A stretch of DNA of 64,000 nucleotides from a virus (Duplodnaviria; Heunggongvirae; Uroviricota; Caudoviricetes): IMG/VR virus record IMGVR_UViG_3300007169_000056; one strand, written 5' to 3'. Both the position numbers and the translations under genes were made by a program. Within the stretch, counting starts at the first letter, position 1, and each line of letters opens with the position of its first letter. The notes under the pieces were generated by a model, which was given only the letters and a program-made list of their open reading frames with translations, was not told the origin of the DNA and ran no database searches. Positions 17,552 to 26,163 of this stretch are shown piece by piece.

Positions 17552-18025
17552 ATGAAATTTTTGCCCATCAATGAAGGAACGGATCATGTAAATGTTTACA
17601 GCAAAAGTAGGTTGGAATTGGGTAAACAACTAAGCAATTTTGCGTATTCTCCATTCACATGTGAAGACGGAAAATTCAATAGCATAGAGGGATATTGGTA
17701 TTGGTTGAACTGTGGGCATGAAAAGTTGAAAGTTTTATACGGATTTGATGCAAAAAAGTTTGGGCAACAACATGTTAAATCAGAAAGATCCGATGAAGAA
17801 TTTGTTCGAAAAATAAAAGGTGCTATTGAAAATAAAATCGATCAAAATCAAAACATTAAAGACAATCTTCAAAAAAGTCATTTGCCTTTGACACACTATT
17901 ATTACTACGGTGACATAAAAAATCCTAAAATTGTAGAACTACACCAATACCAATGGATAGTGGATTGTATATCAGACATACGAAGAAGACAACAAACATA
18001 TGAAAACCACAGAGGACTTAAATAA
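17552..18025 (+). CDS. NADAR-like protein (T4 gp30.3-type)
   Basis: HVNVYSKSRLELGKQLSNFAYSPF..FNSIEGYWYWL; ATG at 17552. Confidence 0.6.
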   Translation: MKFLPINEGTDHVNVYSKSRLELGKQLSNFAYSPFTCEDGKFNSIEGYWYWLNCGHEKLKVLYGFDAKKFGQQHVKSERSDEEFVRKIKGAIENKIDQNQNIKDNLQKSHLPLTHYYYYGDIKNPKIVELHQYQWIVDCISDIRRRQQTYENHRGLK

Positions 18026-18209
18026 AGAAATAGATTCGCGGTGTGGCGTCAAATTATTGACTCAAGACGAGGCAGTCGAAGCTATGATGCGACCTATTAT
18101 CGCTGCAAATCGTGAACAACAAACAAAAGAACGACATGTTCGTTTGTTGGATACGTGCAATAACGTGAGAAAACAAAATCAACAAATGCGTGAGTTGAAG
18201 AAAAACTAA
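18000..18209 (+). CDS. hypothetical protein
   Basis: ORF track. Confidence 0.5.
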   Translation: MKTTEDLNKEIDSRCGVKLLTQDEAVEAMMRPIIAANREQQTKERHVRLLDTCNNVRKQNQQMRELKKN

Positions 18210-18277
18210 TAACAAAGTTCTACAGTATGTAATAAGATACGTTGATTATCTCAATAACCCATATTTATTAACAAACC

Positions 18278-18667
18278 ATGAAATCAATTATACTAACACT
18301 CATTTTGTCGGTATGTACAATGCAGACATTATTGTCTAAAGACAATTTATTGGAAATTCCAAAGCGATATGAATCTGAATTGTTGTTGAGTACCAACAAA
18401 TATTCATTTGCAACTAACGCATTGTCTTCATATTACAAAAACTATCCTGTACTAGCAAGTGATTTGACCGTTCTTACAATCAAACACGATCAAACAAATG
18501 CAAACCGGTACATTACGTTTTTCAATGAACGATCTGGCAGACGATTCAATACAAATTTGTTGACACCGGCTGCGTTAAGTTCCGTAACAATAAGAATCAC
18601 GGCATCGGATCGACCACAACCAATTCAAATACAGTCATATGCAGGAGTCGATCCGAATAGACCATAA
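18278..18667 (+). CDS. hypothetical secreted protein
   Basis: N-terminal signal peptide MKSIILTLILSV. Confidence 0.6.
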   Translation: MKSIILTLILSVCTMQTLLSKDNLLEIPKRYESELLLSTNKYSFATNALSSYYKNYPVLASDLTVLTIKHDQTNANRYITFFNERSGRRFNTNLLTPAALSSVTIRITASDRPQPIQIQSYAGVDPNRP

Positions 18668-18702
18668 ATGTATTAGAATTTTTAACAATACTTATCAAAG
18701 TT

Positions 18703-19476
18703 ATGATCATAGATTATATTATTGGATTATTTCAAAAATTGCGAACATCTAAAAAAGCAAAAATAACAACGATGTTTGAACAACCGGTAAAACCCAACTC
18801 GGTTGTTATTTTGGTACCCGTTGCACATAGTATCGAACCCGCTGTTGATGAATCATTACGAAAATTGGAGTCGTTTGGTTACACGGTTCGTAGAAAATAC
18901 GGTTTTAGTGCAATTGATCAAGGTCGTTGTGCAATGGCACAAGAAGCATTGGATGATGGATTTGAACATATAGTTTGGATTGATGCAGATGTAGCATTTT
19001 GGCCTTACGATGTTGAAAAGGTTGTTAGATCGGGTCTAAAATTTGTAAGTGCCCCATATAGTGTCAAGGGTTGGCCAGCATTAACCACCGAATTCGTTGA
19101 TAAAAAAGTTATTCTTGGTGAAAAGGGTGGATTATATGAAGTGGTTTATGCTGCCACGGGGTTTATGTATACCCACCGAAGCGTATATGATGCAATCGTT
19201 TCTAATGAAAAAATGAAACGAGTAAAAATCTGGGGTGGTCAATACGAAGTCTATCCATATTTTTATCCTATCCTACACAACGACGAGTATCTTGGAGAAG
19301 ATTTTGCATTTTGTCATCGATTAAGAAAAGCTGGTATCACACTGTATTGTGATACAACAATTAGATTGGCTCACATCGGAAAGTATAGTTACAGTTTTTC
19401 ATTTTTAGAAAACGGTGTAACAAAAGAACCAACTTCAATATCCTATACGAAAACCGATAATAAAACGTATAGTTGA
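18703..19476 (+). CDS. GT-A fold glycosyltransferase-like protein
   Basis: AIDQGRCAMA, WIDADV, ATGFMY, GEDFAFC, LAHIGK. Confidence 0.75.
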   Translation: MIIDYIIGLFQKLRTSKKAKITTMFEQPVKPNSVVILVPVAHSIEPAVDESLRKLESFGYTVRRKYGFSAIDQGRCAMAQEALDDGFEHIVWIDADVAFWPYDVEKVVRSGLKFVSAPYSVKGWPALTTEFVDKKVILGEKGGLYEVVYAATGFMYTHRSVYDAIVSNEKMKRVKIWGGQYEVYPYFYPILHNDEYLGEDFAFCHRLRKAGITLYCDTTIRLAHIGKYSYSFSFLENGVTKEPTSISYTKTDNKTYS

Positions 19477-19505
19477 TATAATACAATTTTCAACTCAAAC
19501 AACGT

Positions 19506-19540
19506 ATGCCAGCATAAAACTATGCTGGCATTTATTTTGC
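19506..19540 (+). terminator. intrinsic terminator
   Basis: ATGCCAGCATA-AAAC-TATGCTGGCAT followed by a T-rich tract. Confidence 0.85.
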
Positions 19541-19546
19541 AAAAAG

Positions 19547-19575
19547 TTGACACATATTTGGTTTTGGTGTAGTAT
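19547..19575 (+). promoter_or_regulatory. sigma70-type promoter of thyA
   Basis: TTGACA-N17-TAGTAT; ATG at 19588. Confidence 0.75.
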
Positions 19576-19587
19576 GTAGAGACTAAT

Positions 19588-20709
19588 ATGAACGATTACG
19601 AAGAAAAATATCTGGATTTATTGCGTGGAATTCTTGAAGAAGGTGTTTATTCAAAAAACAGAACAGGAATCAATACCTACAAATATTGGGGTGCACAAAT
19701 GCACATCAACCTACAAGAAGGATTTCCATTACTCACCACAAAGAAAATGCACTGGAAGAGTGTAGTGCACGAACTATTGTGGATGATTAAGGGAGACACC
19801 AACATTCAGTATCTTCTAAAGAACGGCGTTACATTCTGGACCGAATGGCCCTATCAAACGTATCTTAACCATTGCAAAACACTCACCGAACCCGATTATG
19901 ATGTTCATACCGAGGATCTTGAAAAAAATTGTGTACGTGAAATGACACAAAAAGAATTTGAGCAAGAAATCATTAACGATGATGAATTTGCCAAAAAATG
20001 GGGAAGTATTGGGCAATATGGTTATGGTGGTATGTGGAGAAACTTTCCACATCGTATTAGCCCAATTGGTCAAAACAATGGTGATCACATGATTGTCAAA
20101 GGTTGGTCTGTTGAAACGGTGGATCAACTTACTAATGCAATCAATGATCTGAAGAATAATCCAGATAGTCGCAGAATCATTATTACCGCTTGGCATCCAT
20201 ATCATAGTAATAACCGAGAAGATGCTCTATTGCCAGCATGTCACAATTATATTCAGTTTGGAACTGAACAGTTGACTTTACAAGAACGAGTAGAGATTCT
20301 ACAAGCCAGAGTTGGTCCCGTGAATCTACCAAAGTCAGAAACTTGGGTTATTCAAAAATTGAATGAAGAAAACATCCCAGTATTTCGTTTAAATTGTTAC
20401 TTCAATATGCGATCATCTGATACTTTCTTAGGTCTACCATTTAATTGTGCATTTTATGCGTTGTTTACACATTTAATTGCAAATCAACTTAACATGATTC
20501 CAAATCAACTAGTATATAGTGCGGCAGATGTTCATTTATATGAAAATCATTTGGAACAAGTTAAATTACAATTAACCAGAGATATTAAAGAATTACCACG
20601 ATTGAATATCAAGACGCCGGGCAAATCAATATTTGATATTAAGTTTGAAGATATCGAAATTATAGATTATAACCCACATCCAGCAATTAAAGGTGAAGTA
20701 GCAGTATAG
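19588..20709 (+). CDS. thyA: thymidylate synthase
   Basis: NRTG, FPLLTTKK, ELLWMIKG, SRRIIITAW, PACH, RSSDTFLGLPFN, HLYENH. Confidence 0.95.
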   Translation: MNDYEEKYLDLLRGILEEGVYSKNRTGINTYKYWGAQMHINLQEGFPLLTTKKMHWKSVVHELLWMIKGDTNIQYLLKNGVTFWTEWPYQTYLNHCKTLTEPDYDVHTEDLEKNCVREMTQKEFEQEIINDDEFAKKWGSIGQYGYGGMWRNFPHRISPIGQNNGDHMIVKGWSVETVDQLTNAINDLKNNPDSRRIIITAWHPYHSNNREDALLPACHNYIQFGTEQLTLQERVEILQARVGPVNLPKSETWVIQKLNEENIPVFRLNCYFNMRSSDTFLGLPFNCAFYALFTHLIANQLNMIPNQLVYSAADVHLYENHLEQVKLQLTRDIKELPRLNIKTPGKSIFDIKFEDIEIIDYNPHPAIKGEVAV

Positions 20710-20789
20710 TTAAGTTAAACAACCCAATAGTAATTATTGGTGGCTACAGTTATCACTGTCACATCAATTCTTAATAGAAAAAAACAATC

Positions 20790-21263
20790 ATGAATCCTAA
20801 ATTAGAAGAATACTTGTTGAATAAGTTTCCAAAACTGTATAAACACGACTTGGAATGTCCTTTCAACGAATGGAAATTTGAATGTAATGATGGTTGGTTT
20901 AGACCACTTTTGTGGCTTAGCAATTATTTGCAGAATTATATCGACCAAAAAAATACATGGGCAGAAAAATATCCAAACGATCACAAGTGTGTTGAACAAA
21001 TTAGAGTTGTGCAGGTAAAAGAAAAGTTTTCGACTCTTAGATATTATGTTGAGGGTGGAGACGAACGTACAAGCGAAGTCATTTCGTTTGTCGAATATAT
21101 GTGTGGTAATTTCTGTGAATATACCGGTCAAATTGACGATGTTGGTTATTCAAATAGGGGGTGGATGAAACGATTTCATAAATCCTTGACGAAGAACCAT
21201 GCCAATTTTAATCCCGTGGATGATTCTGAACTTTTGGCTATTCTAGAAGAAATCAAAAAATGA
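20790..21263 (+). CDS. conserved hypothetical phage protein
   Basis: ECNDGWF..QVKEKFSTLRYY motif. Confidence 0.7.
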   Translation: MNPKLEEYLLNKFPKLYKHDLECPFNEWKFECNDGWFRPLLWLSNYLQNYIDQKNTWAEKYPNDHKCVEQIRVVQVKEKFSTLRYYVEGGDERTSEVISFVEYMCGNFCEYTGQIDDVGYSNRGWMKRFHKSLTKNHANFNPVDDSELLAILEEIKK

Positions 21264-21598
21264 AATTACTAGCAGGAATCGGATTATTGTTGATTGTATA
21301 TACAGTTGGATGGCATCAACTTCATGGTCAATTCATTCATCCGTGGTTTAAAAAGTACGAACCATATTTGTTGTTATTGAGTATTCCAACAACCTATTTG
21401 TCTATCAAATCGGTAAAATTCATAAATGATTACTTCAATGGTCAAATGTGGCCCAATCGAATATTGACATTCAGTTTGGGAATTATACTATTCACCGTTT
21501 TGACTTCTATATATTTTGATGAAAAGCCATCGTTGAAAACTGGAATCTTGATCGGTTTATCAACTCTTACGCTCATACTTCAAATATTTTGGAAATAG
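21260..21598 (+). CDS. small integral membrane protein
   Basis: Three to four hydrophobic segments. Confidence 0.7.
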   Translation: MKLLAGIGLLLIVYTVGWHQLHGQFIHPWFKKYEPYLLLLSIPTTYLSIKSVKFINDYFNGQMWPNRILTFSLGIILFTVLTSIYFDEKPSLKTGILIGLSTLTLILQIFWK

Positions 21599-21599
21599 A

Positions 21600-21782
21600 A
21601 TGAATACCACCATCGTTCAAACAGAAAACGGCGATTTCTACAAGGTAGAAACAGAAAAATGTGTAATATGTTCTGTAGACACTCAAGTGCCACGATCAAT
21701 GTCTATTGACTTTAGAAAAAACTACGTAGAGGGGTGCGGTCAGTTGTGTGAAAAGTGTGCCACTGCCCATTTTGTTGATTGA
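21600..21782 (+). CDS. small zinc-finger-like protein
   Basis: CVIC..YVEGCGQLCEKC. Confidence 0.6.
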   Translation: MNTTIVQTENGDFYKVETEKCVICSVDTQVPRSMSIDFRKNYVEGCGQLCEKCATAHFVD

Positions 21783-21806
21783 CGATCCGATGCCCTATGG
21801 TATACT
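21779..21806 (+). promoter_or_regulatory. sigma70-type promoter, leaderless
   Basis: TTGACG-N16-TATACT with TGn extension; ATG at 21813, 6 nt after. Confidence 0.8.
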
Positions 21807-21812
21807 GGAGAT

Positions 21813-22493
21813 ATGCCTAATTACATAAAAACTAAATTGGCCGATATTACCAAAAACTCTAAAAACGTTACCGAATTGGAGTTTTTGTTGGATGTTCTTC
21901 CGCCTTTGTCGGAAAACGGACCTTGGATTGCTGGAGGATCGTTGTTGCGTACATATCTCAACTTGGGATTGACCACCGATATTGATATTTTTTTTAGGGA
22001 TGAACCACAATACAAAGACTACATTAATAAATTAGATGCAATAAACATGAAAAATGGTAAGTCACTAAGCAACAATTTGTTTAGAGTAGAAAAAATGGAT
22101 CACGCAGAATGGCACGTGACCTATGCCATTGTGTTCAGAAACAAAAATTACAAACTTCAATTGATTCACAAAAAGTTTTTTACTAGTGTTTGTAATCTAC
22201 TCGACTCGTTTGATTTGAATATCTGTCAAATTGGTTTTGATGGTACACACCTTTTTCACGCTGAAAACTGCATCACTGATATCGACAATAAAGAAATCAA
22301 AATCGAAACGGTAAACATTCCTCAGGTCCTATTGAAACGTCTTTTGAAATATTCTTCTTTGGGATTCAAAATCTCAGATAAAGAAATTCACAGTTTCTTC
22401 TACAAATGTAGCAAACTTCCAAATTTTAATAGTTTAGTAGATCCAAAAAACTTAACAACTATACAAAAAAGTTCATATGAAGGAATCGAATAA
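21813..22493 (+). CDS. nucleotidyltransferase (CCA/poly(A) polymerase head-like)
   Basis: WIAGGSLLR, DIDIFF, LQLI and SFDLNICQ motifs. Confidence 0.75.
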   Translation: MPNYIKTKLADITKNSKNVTELEFLLDVLPPLSENGPWIAGGSLLRTYLNLGLTTDIDIFFRDEPQYKDYINKLDAINMKNGKSLSNNLFRVEKMDHAEWHVTYAIVFRNKNYKLQLIHKKFFTSVCNLLDSFDLNICQIGFDGTHLFHAENCITDIDNKEIKIETVNIPQVLLKRLLKYSSLGFKISDKEIHSFFYKCSKLPNFNSLVDPKNLTTIQKSSYEGIE

Positions 22494-22605
22494 CCAAGCA
22501 GGTAAAGGAGATAAGCCAAGACCGGTCAATAAAAGCCAATACGATAAAAATTACGACTCTATCAATTGGGGTCATAAACCTAGAAAAAAGAAAAAAGAAC
22601 GTTGA
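22477..22605 (+). CDS. small basic protein (42 aa), GKGDKPRP family
   Basis: Read manually: MKESNNQAGKGDKPRPVNKSQYDKNYDSINWGHKPRKKKKER. Confidence 0.6.
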   Translation: MKESNNQAGKGDKPRPVNKSQYDKNYDSINWGHKPRKKKKER

Positions 22606-22630
22606 CATTCATTCTATTGAATGATACGAT
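22602..22630 (+). promoter_or_regulatory. sigma70-type promoter, leaderless
   Basis: TTGACA-N17-TACGAT with TGn extension; ATG at 22639, 8 nt after. Confidence 0.75.
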
Positions 22631-22638
22631 AGTTGTCT

Positions 22639-23385
22639 ATGAACATCAGAACTCTAATTCTCTCTGATATCCACAACAAGTGGGAGAAAGCTGAGAAAAT
22701 CATAAAGCACGAAACACCCGACAAGATCGTTTTTCTTGGCGATTACTTCGATGACTTTGGTGACGACTATCGTATCGCCGTCGAGACCGCAGATTGGCTG
22801 GCTGCTTCTTTGGGACAAAAGAATCGTATTCATATCATGGGAAATCATGATACAAACTATGCTTTTCCTCACAGAAGTTACAAGTGTAGTGGTTACGAGG
22901 CAGGCAAGGATTATGCCATTTCTGAAATCCTAAAAGAGCAGGATTGGCGTAAACTTCCTCTGTACACTTGGGTTGGAGAGTGGCTTTGCAGTCACGCTGG
23001 TGTTCACAAATATTTTTATACTAAGTATGGAAATGGAAAAGATTTCAAGACTTGGTTGAAAGACACTTGTGATGATGCTCTTGAAACTGCCTTTGCTCAT
23101 CAACCGGCCAAACCAATCATGATGGCTGGTATGAGCCGTGGTGGTCGTGAATTGCACGGTGGCATCGACTGGTGTGACGCCGACGAGTTTGCACCTATTG
23201 TAGGAGTAAACCAAATTTTTGGACACACCCCACAACGAAAGCCTCGTTGGATCAATGAAGGTTCTCCATTGTCCAAAGATTACAGCCAAAATCTGTGTTT
23301 GGACGTGAGTCACTGTAACTATTATGTTTTGCATGATAGCAACAATACGATGAATGTCCAAATCAAGTGGTATGGTGATCTGTAA
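22639..23385 (+). CDS. calcineurin-like metallophosphoesterase
   Basis: SDIH, LGDYFD, GNHD, SHAG, FGHT motifs. Confidence 0.9.
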   Translation: MNIRTLILSDIHNKWEKAEKIIKHETPDKIVFLGDYFDDFGDDYRIAVETADWLAASLGQKNRIHIMGNHDTNYAFPHRSYKCSGYEAGKDYAISEILKEQDWRKLPLYTWVGEWLCSHAGVHKYFYTKYGNGKDFKTWLKDTCDDALETAFAHQPAKPIMMAGMSRGGRELHGGIDWCDADEFAPIVGVNQIFGHTPQRKPRWINEGSPLSKDYSQNLCLDVSHCNYYVLHDSNNTMNVQIKWYGDL

Positions 23386-23387
23386 AT

Positions 23388-24047
23388 GTGACTAAGATTG
23401 TTTTAATAACACACTTCAACGAAAACGTTTCATGGGCAAGTAAAATTGTTCACGAAACGTATTTTTTTGACAAAACAAAACAATCTATAAATGTTGGATT
23501 GGAACATTGGTCTACCATGAAGTTTATTGTGGATCACTATTATTGTCTTCCAGACAGAATATTGGTTCTGCATGCCCATGAAACGTCACATCATCAAGAT
23601 TATCCGGGGTGGTACATTGCAAATAATCTAAATTGGTCATTAGACTATGTAAATGTGAATACCAGGCGGTATGAAGAACAATATTTCAGTAAAATCTATG
23701 ACTTTGAAGATATTGAAAACGATTATCGCAAAAGTTTTGATTTGTGGATGACTCGTAATTGGTCTGACATCTTTACGTCGGAGTTGGTTATGCCTGACAC
23801 TTTGACGTTTTTGGGTTATGGACAGTTTATGGTTTCAAAATCGTCGATCCTGCGTCATTCTAAACCATTTTATGAACGAATTTTGAAATGGTTAGAAACC
23901 ACAAACATAGACAGAGAACTATATATTGGTGATATCAACTGTTTTAACAGACATGCATCATACGTAAGTAGCCGGATAATCGAATATAATCTCCACTACA
24001 TATTCACCGGCAATCCTGAAGAAATACTATTGCCATATATACTGTGA
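23388..24047 (+). CDS. DUF3431-like glycosyltransferase-related protein
   Basis: THFNENVSW, VLHAHETSHH, GQFMVSK..I, IIEYNLHYIF. Confidence 0.6.
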   Translation: MTKIVLITHFNENVSWASKIVHETYFFDKTKQSINVGLEHWSTMKFIVDHYYCLPDRILVLHAHETSHHQDYPGWYIANNLNWSLDYVNVNTRRYEEQYFSKIYDFEDIENDYRKSFDLWMTRNWSDIFTSELVMPDTLTFLGYGQFMVSKSSILRHSKPFYERILKWLETTNIDRELYIGDINCFNRHASYVSSRIIEYNLHYIFTGNPEEILLPYIL

Positions 24048-24112
24048 CAAGTTGGTGACAACGACGATTAACGTTGAGTTTGTTCTCCATTTTTGATATT
24101 TTACATGATACT

Positions 24113-24334
24113 ATGAACGTACATTGTATCTATTGTAATGCGGCTCTAAAAAAATCTACAAAAATGTCATATGGTATGCTTTGTTTATGCAACGATGATT
24201 ATCGCTTTTTGAACATCGAAGAGGTTTTATTGGGATTTCATTGTGACAAAGTATATTTATTGGACGATGGATCCAATAACGTTTATGACAAACAAAACCA
24301 TGCTTTACAAAAATCCCCGGGCAACGTTGGATGA
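24113..24334 (+). CDS. small hypothetical protein
   Basis: ATG at 24113 within ORF 24074..24334; CxxC motif; overlaps clpP. Confidence 0.35.
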   Translation: MNVHCIYCNAALKKSTKMSYGMLCLCNDDYRFLNIEEVLLGFHCDKVYLLDDGSNNVYDKQNHALQKSPGNVG

Positions 24335-24908
24335 CGATACCGATTCAGACTCAGTTAAACCATCCAAAGAAATATCATCACAAATTGGATTAAACCAAAT
24401 TTTTTTCTACGATGATGTAACCAAAAGTAGCATTTACAATTTGAATAGACAGTTAGATATTGCTGCTAAATCAGTTCAGGTACTAAAGATTAGTTACAAT
24501 CTAAAATCAACACCACCAATCGAATTGTATGTTGGAAGCGACGGTGGAGAAGTATTTAGTGCATTTAGTGCTGTAGATCGTATTATTGCAAGTCCGGTTG
24601 AAATTCATACTTATGTAGAAGGTATGGCAGCAAGTGCTGCAACTTTGTTGAGTGTATGTGCGCATAAACGATATATTCGAAAAAACAGTTTCATGTTGAT
24701 TCATGAAGTACGAGGTGGATTGTGGGGACCTTTCGAAGAAATAAAGGAAGAAGTTAAAAACCTAGAATTGATTATGTCGTACATCAAATCAATTTATCTT
24801 AAACACACCAAATTCACAGAAGATGAACTGGAAGATATACTAAAACAAGATCTGTATTTGGACGCTAACGAATGTTTGAAATATGGACTTGTAGACGAAA
24901 TCGTGTAA
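24285..24908 (+). CDS. clpP: ClpP-like serine protease
   Basis: GGEVFSA, catalytic Ser (GMAASAA), His (MLIHE) and Asp (DLYL..ECLKYGLVD); start uncertain. Confidence 0.85.
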   Translation: MTNKTMLYKNPRATLDDDTDSDSVKPSKEISSQIGLNQIFFYDDVTKSSIYNLNRQLDIAAKSVQVLKISYNLKSTPPIELYVGSDGGEVFSAFSAVDRIIASPVEIHTYVEGMAASAATLLSVCAHKRYIRKNSFMLIHEVRGGLWGPFEEIKEEVKNLELIMSYIKSIYLKHTKFTEDELEDILKQDLYLDANECLKYGLVDEIV

Positions 24909-24948
24909 CAAAAACAAAATTCTTGAGTTCCGCTGTATACTTATTGAC

Positions 24949-25278
24949 ATGGGTAAACAGCGTTCCAAAGAAGGATTTGTATATATCGTAAGTAACAAAG
25001 CGTTTCCAAACTTCTACAAAATTGGTGTTACAAGCGATATAAAAAGCCGTTTGCGTACATATCAAACCGCAGCGCCATATAGAGATTACAAAATCGAATA
25101 TTACATCAAACACCCTGATTGTTACACGGCTGAACAAAAAATTCGTCAGATGATGAACCATTTTGCTTTGGAAATCAAAAACGAATGGTTCAAAGTCGAT
25201 TTGACAATTGCCAAAAATCGATTGGACGAAACCCTAGATCAAGAAGAAACTTTTTCTCTTGACTTTTATAGAAAATGA
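24949..25278 (+). CDS. T5orf172/GIY-YIG domain protein
   Basis: GFVYIV..YKIGVT..RLRTYQT..E..NEWF. Confidence 0.8.
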   Translation: MGKQRSKEGFVYIVSNKAFPNFYKIGVTSDIKSRLRTYQTAAPYRDYKIEYYIKHPDCYTAEQKIRQMMNHFALEIKNEWFKVDLTIAKNRLDETLDQEETFSLDFYRK

Positions 25279-25286
25279 GGTATGAT
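25259..25286 (+). promoter_or_regulatory. sigma70-type promoter, leaderless
   Basis: TTGACT-N16-TATGAT; ATG at 25293, 6 nt after. Confidence 0.7.
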
Positions 25287-25292
25287 GACGTT

Positions 25293-25940
25293 ATGAATGG
25301 AAGTATCATAAATAAAGCAATTTGTTTGAATCTTAATGCCAACTGGCAGCCAGTTGGGTTCAAGACTGTTAAGGACGCTATTGTTGATCTGTGTGGTTGT
25401 GATCACAATGGTAAGCCAAACTCACTTGCATTGGATATCGACTATGAGGTGGATGATCATGGTGATCCTATCATGGATTCTCCTAAGAGCATGAACCCTG
25501 TTAGTTGGGATGAGTGGATGACGCTTCCAATTCGTAGTTGGGATTTGACGGTCTCCAGTGTCAATCGTATCTACCGTGTTCCTACGGTAATAATCGCTAC
25601 CAACTTCAAGAAAATGCCAGTAAAGCATTTCAAAGGTAAGCCAAGCAAAGACGCGATCTATAATCGTGACAATGGTGTGTGTCAGTACAGCGGTAAAAAG
25701 TTGGATAGACACAACGCTACTGTTGACCACGTTATTCCTCGTAGTCGAGGTGGTGCAGACAGTTGGGAAAACTTCGTGTTGTGCTCCAAGGACATCAACA
25801 GCAAGAAAGGAAACAAGTTGAATAGTGAAATCGGATTGACTCTTCTCAAAGAGCCTTCCGTTCCTCAACCAGTTCCTATGTACGCTTTGATTCGTGAAGC
25901 AAAGCACCAAGACTGGAAACATTTTTTGGTTGAAGCCTAA
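25293..25940 (+). CDS. HNH endonuclease
   Basis: LNANWQP, IYNRDNGVCQYSG, TVDHVIPRSRGG..SWEN.V..N..K. Confidence 0.9.
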   Translation: MNGSIINKAICLNLNANWQPVGFKTVKDAIVDLCGCDHNGKPNSLALDIDYEVDDHGDPIMDSPKSMNPVSWDEWMTLPIRSWDLTVSSVNRIYRVPTVIIATNFKKMPVKHFKGKPSKDAIYNRDNGVCQYSGKKLDRHNATVDHVIPRSRGGADSWENFVLCSKDINSKKGNKLNSEIGLTLLKEPSVPQPVPMYALIREAKHQDWKHFLVEA

Positions 25941-25955
25941 AAAAAACTACAAAAC

Positions 25956-25992
25956 AAACTCTGAACGAATATTTATCGTTCAGAGTTTTTTT
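25956..25992 (+). terminator. 13-bp inverted repeat (terminator-like) with ATATTTA loop
   Basis: AAACTCTGAACGA-ATATTTA-TCGTTCAGAGTTT followed by TTTT. Confidence 0.7.
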
Positions 25993-26163
25993 ATGGTCAA
26001 ATCACAAACAATTACGATAAGAATAGATGACGACGAAATCGAATTGAATAATGAATTGATCGAGCGTTATAAATCTGCAACACGAAAACAGAGAGTAACA
26101 AAAAAGGGCATTGAAAAATTCTACAAAAAGCTGATGGATGTAATGATTAATAATCCTCAGTAA
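25993..26163 (+). CDS. small hypothetical protein (56 aa)
   Basis: ATG at 25993 within ORF 25894..26163. Confidence 0.55.
   Translation: MVKSQTITIRIDDDEIELNNELIERYKSATRKQRVTKKGIEKFYKKLMDVMINNPQ

Noticed and set aside
19588-20709. thyA as a dCMP hydroxymethylase for DNA modification
   Set aside because: It keeps the dUMP-specifying Asn (LGLPFN) and canonical TS motifs; its insertions are ordinary loops.
5925-25940. GIY-YIG (5925, 24949) and HNH (25293) genes as intron-borne or transposable elements
   Set aside because: No interrupted host gene, terminal repeats or transposase; treated as free-standing nucleases.
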